Positions 42,579 through 50,273 are shown, counted from the stretch's first letter. The stretch: DNA of 64,000 nt from an uncultured Muribaculaceae bacterium (GCA_964517875.1 CAZFEU010000001.1:22831-86830), one strand, 5' to 3'. Program-made: numbers and translations. The notes: generated by a model from the letters alone, not told the origin.

Positions 42579-42616
42579 CCGGGGAGATAGCTATAGTAGC
42601 TATCTCCCCGGTTTTT
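42579..42616. terminator. Strong stem-loop between the convergent clpB gene and the oxidoreductase operon (intrinsic terminator)
   Basis: Perfect 15-bp stem CCGGGGAGATAGCTA/TAGCTATCTCCCCGG with a 3-nt loop, followed by TTTTT on the plus strand. Confidence 0.7.
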
Positions 42617-42637
42617 ATTGTGATATATTTCTCTTGA

Positions 42638-43606
42638 TTAGACCGTGATTACGATTTTGCCGGCAAGGCTCCTTTGCTCGGCAAGCGTGTGAGCTTCGTC
42701 TATATGCTGCAATGTGTACTTGGCTGCTATGACGGGATGGATATTATGAGCCTCAATAAGTTTCAGCATAGCATCAATTTGCTCTTGTGTTGGATTATTG
42801 CTATAAAAGCCTGTGAGATAAACGCCTGAGGGTATTTCTTTAATAGGGTCAAAATCCTTAAGGGAGAAAACATTACCGAGCAAACCGGTATGACACACTA
42901 TGCCATGAAGAGCGGTGACCCGTAATGATTGTGGTATAGTTGCTGCCCCAATAAGCTCAAGCACTTTGGTTGCTCCATGTGGGTACGCTCTTAAGAATCG
43001 CTTGACAAAATTATCTCCTTCGAGTACCACGCCGTCGGCACCTGCATCCAGCAGTAATTGTACTTTCTTATCGTTGCGTGTCGTTGCGATAACTTTTGCT
43101 CCCATTGCTTTACCAAGCTGAATTGCCGCAAGCCCGACGGTTGAAGTGCCTCCCCTTATCAACAAAGTGTCACCAACGTGTAATTGCAGTGATAATGTCA
43201 GTGAGCCATAAGCTGTATAAAATGTCTCTGGCACAGCAGCAAGTTCGCAGTCGGTAAGGGAGGAGTCAACAGCAAACACATGGCTCTCGGGCAATAATGC
43301 ATATTCAGCATAACTACCATTGAAACTGCGCCCCATGCCACCCATCATCGCAATGACGGTTTGAGAAATTTTAAATTTTGAGTCAGACTTATCCACGATT
43401 TCTCCAACACATTCTATGCCGGGAATGATTGGTGTGTGGATATACGGTCTATCGGCCTCAAACTGGCGCAACAAAACTTCTGAATGATTAATGCCAAAAG
43501 CTTTGATACGCACTAACACCCAGCCTGGTTTAACTTGTGGTATTGGCACATCAGTCAAAGTAAGATCAGAGGCGGCACAACAATGGTTGATTAGTACAGC
43601 TTTCAT
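42638..43606 (-). CDS. Zinc-type alcohol dehydrogenase-like / quinone oxidoreductase (MDR superfamily)
   Basis: Has a GroES-like N-terminus and a Rossmann motif (IRGGTSTVGLAAIQL). The start is set at MKAVLINH (ATG 43606..43604), which forms an ATGA overlap with the stop of the upstream rSAM gene. Confidence 0.8.
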   Translation of the reverse strand: MKAVLINHCCAASDLTLTDVPIPQVKPGWVLVRIKAFGINHSEVLLRQFEADRPYIHTPIIPGIECVGEIVDKSDSKFKISQTVIAMMGGMGRSFNGSYAEYALLPESHVFAVDSSLTDCELAAVPETFYTAYGSLTLSLQLHVGDTLLIRGGTSTVGLAAIQLGKAMGAKVIATTRNDKKVQLLLDAGADGVVLEGDNFVKRFLRAYPHGATKVLELIGAATIPQSLRVTALHGIVCHTGLLGNVFSLKDFDPIKEIPSGVYLTGFYSNNPTQEQIDAMLKLIEAHNIHPVIAAKYTLQHIDEAHTLAEQRSLAGKIVITV

Positions 43607-44622
43607 ATTTCTTTCCAACATTGAGGGTCGGGTGCATAAAACGAGTGGTGATAACCGTATGCCACGGCCGGACATCCGCGACAGAATCTGAGCAACTCGC
43701 ACTTTGCACATTTTTGAAATTTATCAAACTGGCGGTACTCGTTCATCTTTTCACCAGTCCACAAATCGTGAATATCTGTTTTGAAAAGATTGCCTACCAC
43801 GCTATCAAAACGTCGGCAAGCCATTACTTTCCCATCAGGCTGGATGGTGAAGTGGCAATCTCCGCAGTGGCAACCGTCGTAAATAGCATCGGGGTCGGTA
43901 TCATCGGGAATCTTAAAGAGTCCCTTTTCAAAAAGATATAGAGTCCAAAGGTGATCTTTAAGATTGAATATTGTATGAGCATCTTTATGTTGCTCGAATT
44001 TCTTCCAAATTGTATCAAGGAAGTTGCGATAATCAATAGGGGTGATATGGGTTGATTTCTCATCAGATGTCGGGCAATATCGTCCGAACGCAAACACATC
44101 AACACCTTTTTCCACCACCAAGTCAATAATATCAGGAATCTCTTGAATATTAGTACCTGAAACGGTGGTCATTACAGCCACTCGTATACCATTGCGTTTG
44201 AGCACATCAATCTTCTCAACCGTAGTGTCAAACGACCCTTTCTTTCGAATTCCATCGTGAGTGTCGCGCATGCCGTCGATTGAAAGTTGATATTTCTCAC
44301 AGCCGTAATACTTAAGGCGTTGGCACACTTCATCTGTGATATGAAAGGGATTGCCAAGAATGGTAAATGGGATTTTGTGCTCTTTCACTAACTTCAATAT
44401 CTTCCAAAAATCACGATGTAGAATTGGATCACCACCAGTGATATAGAGATATGGAAGCTTATGCATCTTTCTGCACATTTCAACACATTGTTCTATTACC
44501 ATCCGTGCTTTTGACAAGGGCATTTCGATAAGTCTGGGATGTCCCTCAGCGAATATGTAGCAGTGTTCACAGCGTTGGTCGCAACTATCAGTTATATGCC
44601 ATTGAAAAGCGAAATACTCCAT
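43603..44622 (-). CDS. Radical SAM/SPASM-domain peptide-modifying enzyme
   Basis: Has the N-terminal CX3CX2C motif (CDQRCEHC) and a GGDP motif. The C-terminal Cys-rich SPASM-like region is CHCGDCHFTIQPDGKVMAC...CAKCELLRFCRGC...DPQC. It sits directly downstream of a Cys-rich repeat peptide. Confidence 0.85.
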   Translation of the reverse strand: MEYFAFQWHITDSCDQRCEHCYIFAEGHPRLIEMPLSKARMVIEQCVEMCRKMHKLPYLYITGGDPILHRDFWKILKLVKEHKIPFTILGNPFHITDEVCQRLKYYGCEKYQLSIDGMRDTHDGIRKKGSFDTTVEKIDVLKRNGIRVAVMTTVSGTNIQEIPDIIDLVVEKGVDVFAFGRYCPTSDEKSTHITPIDYRNFLDTIWKKFEQHKDAHTIFNLKDHLWTLYLFEKGLFKIPDDTDPDAIYDGCHCGDCHFTIQPDGKVMACRRFDSVVGNLFKTDIHDLWTGEKMNEYRQFDKFQKCAKCELLRFCRGCPAVAYGYHHSFYAPDPQCWKEI

Positions 44623-44654
44623 ACCTAATATTTTTTACAATCGTAAAATTGAAA

Positions 44655-44687
44655 GCTCCAATGCGCCTACTTCAGGAGCATTGGAGC
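44655..44687 (-). terminator. Intercistronic stem-loop between the precursor peptide and the rSAM gene (putative leaky terminator or attenuator)
   Basis: Perfect 10-bp stem GCTCCAATGC/GCATTGGAGC with a 13-nt loop, followed on the minus-strand transcript by UUUCAAUUUU. It lies 32 nt before the maturase ATG. Confidence 0.55.
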
Positions 44688-44706
44688 AATGATTGTCAAA
44701 GCCGGA

Positions 44707-44880
44707 TTATTTCTCACCGGCTCCACATGCCGAACCGCATGCTGCGGGCTTGGGCTCAGGCTTTTCATCGCCAGCACCACAAGCCGAACCACATGCACCC
44801 GCAGGTTTCTCGGTTTCAGCTGAAGCACACAGATAAGCCTGTGCGGTGTGCTTTACAGCACCATTGTTGATACGCTTCAT
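44707..44880 (-). CDS. 57-aa Cys-rich tandem-repeat peptide, putative rSAM substrate (ACGX-repeat-like precursor)
   Basis: Manual translation gives MKRINNGAVKHTAQAYLCASAETEKPAGACGSACGAGDEKPEPKPAACGSACGAGEK, running from ATG to TAA. The two ACGSACGAG copies differ at 5 synonymous and 0 non-synonymous positions. It is below the 60-aa cutoff of the supplied ORF track. Confidence 0.7.
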   Translation of the reverse strand: MKRINNGAVKHTAQAYLCASAETEKPAGACGSACGAGDEKPEPKPAACGSACGAGEK

Positions 44881-44920
44881 CGTAAATTTGTATTTTGGTT
44901 AAACTTGAAATATTCAGTGG

Positions 44921-44928
44921 CAAATGTA
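44921..44928 (-). promoter_or_regulatory. Candidate -7 promoter element (TAcaTTTG on the minus strand) for the peptide-rSAM operon
   Basis: The reverse complement of CAAATGTA matches TAnnTTTG, about 40 nt upstream of the peptide ATG. Confidence 0.35.
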
Positions 44929-45101
44929 GAATATTATTTTTAAGGAATCAAGTAGAGGAAATTTTATCACTTAGTAACCTTTTTCTCGCTTTTGTGTAGC
45001 AACTACATCCTAATTGAATCATTTGTAAAAAAGAATTTTTCCGGGTAGAATTCCAGTGGCTTTTGAGCGACTCTATATTTGCCTAACCATTGAAATTGGT
45101 A

Positions 45102-45109
45102 TATCTTTG
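45102..45109 (+). promoter_or_regulatory. Candidate -7 promoter element (TAtcTTTG) for the HxlR-family regulator
   Basis: TAnnTTTG match about 22 nt upstream of the ATG at 45131. A second match, TAtaTTTG, lies at 45074..45081. Confidence 0.35.
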
Positions 45110-45130
45110 TGTCGAAAAGGTGAAAAAATC

Positions 45131-45517
45131 ATGAGAAGAAAAGAACAGCTTAATTCCATTATAGAGATCTGTCCGGTGCGCAATGTGGTAGCACGTTTTG
45201 GCAACAAATGGGCACTGTTGGTGCTCCTTGTAATAAGTGAAAACGAGCCTATTCGATACAATGAGCTCGGACGCAAAATCCCTGACATATCATCACGTGT
45301 GCTCTCGGGGACTTTACGTACCCTCGAGGCCGATGGTCTGGTAAGTAGAAAACTTTACAATGAGGTGCCGGCAAGAGTAGAGTATTCTCTCACTGAAATA
45401 GGACATTCACTTATCCCCATAATCATGCAATTGACCGAGTGGGCACAGAACAATATGAAAACCATAATTGCACACCGAAAGAATAGTGAAATCGATGATA
45501 TGTCAGATAAATCCTGA
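45131..45517 (+). CDS. HxlR-family winged-helix transcriptional regulator
   Basis: CPVRNVVARFGNKWALLVLL...RYNEL...ISSRVLSGTLRTLEADGLVSRK.Y.EVPARVEYSLTE is a classic HxlR/MarR-like signature. The start is set at ATG 45131. Confidence 0.85.
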   Translation: MRRKEQLNSIIEICPVRNVVARFGNKWALLVLLVISENEPIRYNELGRKIPDISSRVLSGTLRTLEADGLVSRKLYNEVPARVEYSLTEIGHSLIPIIMQLTEWAQNNMKTIIAHRKNSEIDDMSDKS

Positions 45518-45557
45518 AATTAAAAAATAACAATCAAAAATAACGCTGTTATCACAA

Positions 45558-46421
45558 TTATTTTTTGTTAGCCGAGCGCCGCATCATGAAGATAGCAGCT
45601 GCGGTGAATAGAAGTGAGAGGATGACTATTGGCAGACTTCCTTCACCTTGAGCGATGTGGTCGATATCGGTTTCAGACGACAATTCGCCATGCGCTGCCA
45701 TCCACGAGGTTATCACCACCAATGAGTTATTAAGCGCATGAAGAATTATAGGGAGCCATAGCGAACCGCTCCACCACATTGAGTAGCCAAAAAATGCTCC
45801 GAGCAATACGCGCGGCACGAACCCATAGAGCTGAAGATGCATTGCGCTAAATATGATGGCCGCTATCCATATCGCCAGGTGAGGATTGATACGAGAGCAT
45901 ATTAGCAGTTTCTGAATGCCCCCACGGAAAAACATTTCTTCAGCTATGCCTGTAAGCACTCCCACTATTAGTACCGAGATAATCAACGAACCAATCGAAG
46001 TGCCACCAAGCATAACTTGGGTTGTAAGACGTGCATCCTCCTCAAGCCGTCTTGCCCATCCCATGCTGTCAGGTAGATTCCATCCGTCGTTCCACTCAAT
46101 CACGGCATTCATAGCCGGTATACTTATCAGTAGCGCCAGTATCGCCCAAAGTGTAGTGACGAATCTCGGTCCATGCATCACTTCAAGCAATTCACCGGGA
46201 TAACGTGTGGTGAGCAGTGCGGTGACAATAGCGGGTAGTATAAACACGAGCACATCTTGTAGCACCGCCATTATGCGTAATGAAGCAACCGTGCCACCAA
46301 TTACGTTTGAAAGAAGCTGTGTGAGCAGTGACGTTACCACAAGCATGAATATCATCAGGCAAAAGAGCATACCCAGTGCAAGTGAGGGCTTTACGGCGGT
46401 GCGATATCGGTTGTAAGTCAT
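45558..46421 (-). CDS. CPBP-family intramembrane glutamic endopeptidase (CAAX protease-like)
   Basis: Multi-TM protein with EEMFFRG, FSAMHL and HALNN motifs. Confidence 0.8.
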   Translation of the reverse strand: MTYNRYRTAVKPSLALGMLFCLMIFMLVVTSLLTQLLSNVIGGTVASLRIMAVLQDVLVFILPAIVTALLTTRYPGELLEVMHGPRFVTTLWAILALLISIPAMNAVIEWNDGWNLPDSMGWARRLEEDARLTTQVMLGGTSIGSLIISVLIVGVLTGIAEEMFFRGGIQKLLICSRINPHLAIWIAAIIFSAMHLQLYGFVPRVLLGAFFGYSMWWSGSLWLPIILHALNNSLVVITSWMAAHGELSSETDIDHIAQGEGSLPIVILSLLFTAAAIFMMRRSANKK

Positions 46422-47092
46422 AGATAGAAGTCTTTTGTTAACTGCGAGAATTCTGGAGAAGAAATATAAAGTGATTGTTTAATTGTCGGCGCTAATTGTT
46501 TTGATAATAGCGCCATGACACGACGTGCAGGCTTGCCTTCACAATGCGACACCGCCACTTCGATATTAATGTGTAGGTAATGCATCGCTGCTGAGTAAGT
46601 CAATACATCACGACGTATATAGGGGAGAATTAATGCAAGTTTACCACAGTCGGTAAGCAGGTCGGCCGCATGTTCGATTAAACGGTCCAATGGCAAAGAT
46701 GAATCTGACCTTGCCATGGCTCGCCTTGGGTCGGGGCTGAGCAATGATTCATCAAAGAATGGAGGATTGCTTACAATAAGGTCGTAGCGATGCTGCGGAT
46801 AGAAATCAAGAAAATCATCATTTATCACTTTAACCTGATGGCTCCAGATTGAGCGTCTTATATTCAGGGATGCTTCTGCGGCTGATGCCGAATCAATTTC
46901 CAAGGCGGTTATATCGCTCACACCTCGCTGGGCAAGCATCAGGGCGATTAATCCCGTGCCTGTGCCTATGTCGAGGGCCGTAGACACACCATCAACAGGC
47001 ACCCATGCGCCGAGTAAGACACCGTCAGTGCCTACTTTCATGGCATTGATATCTTGGTTTATCGTGAATTGCTTGAATCGAAAATCAGTCAT
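46418..47092 (-). CDS. tRNA1(Val) (adenine37-N6)-methyltransferase-like SAM-dependent methyltransferase
   Basis: F.F.QF.I.Q......VGTDGVLLGAW, DIGTGTGLIALMLAQR and SNPPFF motifs. Confidence 0.75.
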   Translation of the reverse strand: MTDFRFKQFTINQDINAMKVGTDGVLLGAWVPVDGVSTALDIGTGTGLIALMLAQRGVSDITALEIDSASAAEASLNIRRSIWSHQVKVINDDFLDFYPQHRYDLIVSNPPFFDESLLSPDPRRAMARSDSSLPLDRLIEHAADLLTDCGKLALILPYIRRDVLTYSAAMHYLHINIEVAVSHCEGKPARRVMALLSKQLAPTIKQSLYISSPEFSQLTKDFYL

Positions 47093-47552
47093 GGTGATAT
47101 GGTTCGCCTCGAAGAATTGTCATTGCGCGATATAGCTGCTCGGTGATGAACAGTCGCACCATCTCATGGGGGAAAGTCATCTGCGAAAGTGACAATAGTG
47201 CATTGGCCCTGTCGTACATTGCCTGAGAAAAACCGTATGGGCCACCAACCACTATGATCCACCGGCTTGGGAGGGTTGACATCTTTCGATCGATATCATG
47301 GGCAAATTCACGCGAGGTCATCTGTCGGCCACGTTCATCGAGAAGCGTCACATAGTCGGCAGCGGAGATAGTGGCAAGCATGGCCTCTCCTTCAAGCACT
47401 TTTTGACGCTCAGGCCCCTGATTGCGCTTAACATCAGGAATTACCCTAATATCCATAGGCACATAGCGGCGCACCCTACTCGCATATTCCTCAATGCCTT
47501 GCGACAAATAGCCGGTAGCCGTCTTTCCTACAACAAGCAGTGTAATCTTCAT
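47085..47552 (-). CDS. rlmH: 23S rRNA (pseudouridine1915-N3)-methyltransferase
   Basis: SPOUT fold of about 155 aa with a MKITLLVVGK start, GGPYGFS and a C-terminal EQLYRA..I..G.PYHH. Confidence 0.85.
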   Translation of the reverse strand: MKITLLVVGKTATGYLSQGIEEYASRVRRYVPMDIRVIPDVKRNQGPERQKVLEGEAMLATISAADYVTLLDERGRQMTSREFAHDIDRKMSTLPSRWIIVVGGPYGFSQAMYDRANALLSLSQMTFPHEMVRLFITEQLYRAMTILRGEPYHHD

Positions 47553-47628
47553 GGCTGAATTTGAATTTGTTGGCAAAGGTAAGTATTTATCGGGAATTCA
47601 AAAAAATTGCGTTTTCCGAATTTTTGTG

Positions 47629-47636
47629 TACCTTTG
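47629..47636 (+). promoter_or_regulatory. Candidate -7 promoter element (TAccTTTG) for parC
   Basis: TAnnTTTG match 34 nt upstream of the ATG at 47670. Confidence 0.35.
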
Positions 47637-47669
47637 TAGCAAATCCACTATTATTGCCACCTGCTTGAT

Positions 47670-50264
47670 ATGAACCATGAAATAGCCCGCCCTCATCAGC
47701 TGAGAGGCATGTTCCAAAACTGGTTTCTCGATTTTGCCTCATATGTGATATTGGAGCGCGCAGTGCCTCATATCGATGATGGCCTCAAGCCGGTACAACG
47801 TCGTCTTATGCACTCGCTGCAGACCGTTGACGATGGACACTTCATAAAAGTGGCTACCGTGGTGGGTGAGACCATGAAATATCACCCTCACGGCGATGCG
47901 TCTATCAATGATGCTCTTGTTACTTTAGGTCAAAAGGGATTGCTCGTCGATACCCAGGGCAACTGGGGTAATATACTCACCGGCGCATCGGCGGCTGCCG
48001 GTCGATACATCGAGGCCCGATTATCGACATTTGCACTCGAGACTGTGTATAACCCGAAAATCACTGAGTGGGTGCCCTCATACGACGGACGCAACCGTGA
48101 GCCGGTGACACTTCCAGTTAAATTTCCACTTTTGCTTGTGCAGGGAGTGGAGGGTATAGCGGTGGGATTATCGTCTAAAATTCTGCCACACAACTTCAAC
48201 GAGGTGTGCGACGCAGCTGTAAGCTATCTTCAGGGAGAAGACTTCAATCTATATCCCGACTTCCCCACAGGTGGTTTTATTGATGTGAGCCGATACAACG
48301 ACGGTGCACGCGGCGGAGCAGTGAAGATACGTGCTAAGATTGAAAAAGTCGACAATAAAACCCTTGCCATCACAGAGATACCCTATGGCAAAACCACCGG
48401 TGTCATTATTGATTCGATTCTTAAGGCTTTCGAGAAAGGGAAGATAAAAATACGCAAAATCGATGACAATACTGCCGAGCAGGCCCGAATCATGGTGTAT
48501 CTGATCCCGGGCACTTCGAGCGATAAGGCTATCGATGCCCTCTACGCTTTCACCGACTGCGAGGTGAGTGTGTCGTCCAACTGCTGTGTGATCCGCGACA
48601 AGCGCCCTGAATTTCTTGGAGTGGGTGATGTGCTTCGCCATAGTGTTGACCGCACAATCGACCTTTTCCGCAGTGAATTTGAAATACAGCTCGGCGAGCT
48701 ACGCGAACTTCTATTTTTCGCAACGCTTGAACGCTTATTTATCGAAAACCGCATATATAAAGACAAGGAATATGAGCACGCTGAATCGACTGAGTCGGCT
48801 ATCGCTCACGTCAAGGGACGACTCATACCGCTGGTTGATGAATATTACCGCGACATCACCGACGACGATGTGAAACGCCTATTTGACATACCGATGAAGC
48901 GCATTTTCCGCTTCAACTCCGACAAGGCCGACCAGGTAATTGCCAACTATAAGTCAAAGATTGAAGAGCTACTGTATAAGTTGTCGCATCTCACTGAAGT
49001 GACTATCGAATGGTTTAAACACCTTAAGGAGAAATATGGTGCCGCTTTCCCCCGACGCACCACACTGCGCAATTTCGACAACATCGAGGCAGCTACTGTG
49101 GCCGAAGCTAATGAAAAGCTCTACATCAACCGTGAGGAAGGATTTATAGGCACATCGCTCAAGAAAGATGAATTTGTGTGCAACTGCTCTGCCATCGATG
49201 ATATCATAATATTTTACAAAGATGGACGCTACAAGGTGGTGAAGGTGCAGGAAAAGCTATTTGTTGATAAGAATGTACTGTATATCAACGTGTTCAAACG
49301 CAATGATCAGCGCACTATATACAATGTGATATACCAGAATGGTCGTGGTGGCGTTTATTACATGAAACGCTTCAGCGTAACTGGCATAACACGTGACAAA
49401 GAGTACAATCTCACCCCCGGAGCCCCTGGCACAAAGGTTGTATGGTTCTCTGCCAATCCTAATGGAGAGGCTGAGGTGGTGAAAGTGACTCTAAAGCCCA
49501 AGCCAAGGCTCAAGACTCTGCAATTTGATGTTGATTTCAGCCAACTCGCCATCAAGGGCAAGCAGTCGTTGGGTAATCTCGTCACCAAAAACGAGGTTCA
49601 TCGCCTGTCGCTCAAGGAGCGCGGTGTTTCTACCCTCGGAGGCCGTAAAGTATGGTTTGATCCCGATGTGCTCCGTCTTAACTACGACGGCAGGGGCAAC
49701 TATTTAGGGGAATTTTCAGGTGGCGATCAGATACTTGTAATTCTCAAATCGGGTGAATACTACATGACCACATATGATGCCGGCAACCATTATGAGGATA
49801 ATATACTACGCATAGAAAAATTCCGCAAAGGCACAATATGGACGGCGGCACTCAACGATGCCGATCAAGGTTATCCCTATCTAAAACGGTTCTTATTCGA
49901 ACCCACAGCACGCAAACAGCGATACCTGGGCGAAAATGAACAGTCGACACTTATTGCACTCACTGATGCTCCGGGAGCACGGTTTGAGGTGAAATTTGGT
50001 GGAGCTGACGAGTTCCGTGAACCTCTGATCATCGACGCCCATGAGTTCATAGCAATAAAGTCGGTTAAAGCCAAAGGAAAGCGCATCTCCAATTACACAA
50101 TTGAGTCCATCACAGAAATTGAGCCTGTCGAAGTGCCTCAAGATGAGATTCCGGACGGCAATGAGGAAGCAGAGGTTCAAGATGTAGAACCACTCGAGCC
50201 GGAGCTGAGCGATGACGAAGTGCGCGATGAAATACTTGGTCAACAACGCTTATTTGATGACTGA
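47670..50264 (+). CDS. parC: DNA topoisomerase IV subunit A (type IIA topoisomerase A subunit)
   Basis: 864 aa with RAVPHIDDGLKPVQRRLMHSL, HPHGD and the catalytic-Tyr region AAGRYIEARLS. The N-terminus and acidic tail resemble Bacteroidetes ParC rather than GyrA. Confidence 0.85.
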   Translation: MNHEIARPHQLRGMFQNWFLDFASYVILERAVPHIDDGLKPVQRRLMHSLQTVDDGHFIKVATVVGETMKYHPHGDASINDALVTLGQKGLLVDTQGNWGNILTGASAAAGRYIEARLSTFALETVYNPKITEWVPSYDGRNREPVTLPVKFPLLLVQGVEGIAVGLSSKILPHNFNEVCDAAVSYLQGEDFNLYPDFPTGGFIDVSRYNDGARGGAVKIRAKIEKVDNKTLAITEIPYGKTTGVIIDSILKAFEKGKIKIRKIDDNTAEQARIMVYLIPGTSSDKAIDALYAFTDCEVSVSSNCCVIRDKRPEFLGVGDVLRHSVDRTIDLFRSEFEIQLGELRELLFFATLERLFIENRIYKDKEYEHAESTESAIAHVKGRLIPLVDEYYRDITDDDVKRLFDIPMKRIFRFNSDKADQVIANYKSKIEELLYKLSHLTEVTIEWFKHLKEKYGAAFPRRTTLRNFDNIEAATVAEANEKLYINREEGFIGTSLKKDEFVCNCSAIDDIIIFYKDGRYKVVKVQEKLFVDKNVLYINVFKRNDQRTIYNVIYQNGRGGVYYMKRFSVTGITRDKEYNLTPGAPGTKVVWFSANPNGEAEVVKVTLKPKPRLKTLQFDVDFSQLAIKGKQSLGNLVTKNEVHRLSLKERGVSTLGGRKVWFDPDVLRLNYDGRGNYLGEFSGGDQILVILKSGEYYMTTYDAGNHYEDNILRIEKFRKGTIWTAALNDADQGYPYLKRFLFEPTARKQRYLGENEQSTLIALTDAPGARFEVKFGGADEFREPLIIDAHEFIAIKSVKAKGKRISNYTIESITEIEPVEVPQDEIPDGNEEAEVQDVEPLEPELSDDEVRDEILGQQRLFDD

Positions 50265-50273
50265 TAAGCCAGA

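Noticed and set aside
44649-44870. 73-aa plus-strand ORF in the supplied track (MKAPMRLLQEHWSNDCQSR...), lying antisense to the Cys-repeat peptide
   Set aside because: Its His/Arg/Gln-rich composition is the mirror image of the minus-strand Ala/Cys/Gly codons. It spans the intercistronic hairpin. The synonymous-only differences between the two repeat copies hold only in the minus-strand frame, so the minus-strand 57-aa ORF is the better gene model.
44707-44880. Reading the 57-aa peptide as a lipoprotein or secreted protein because of the ...AYLCAS... segment
   Set aside because: There is no hydrophobic h-region before the Cys, and A-Y-L-C does not fit the lipobox pattern [LVI][ASTVI][GAS]C.
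45558-46421. CPBP/CAAX-type intramembrane protease as the leader peptidase or immunity protein of the RiPP-like locus
   Set aside because: It is separated from the locus by the oppositely oriented hxlR gene. It overlaps the downstream tRNA methyltransferase gene by 4 nt, within an operon that starts with rlmH. It therefore appears to belong to a housekeeping transcription unit. A functional link cannot be excluded, but the sequence does not support one.
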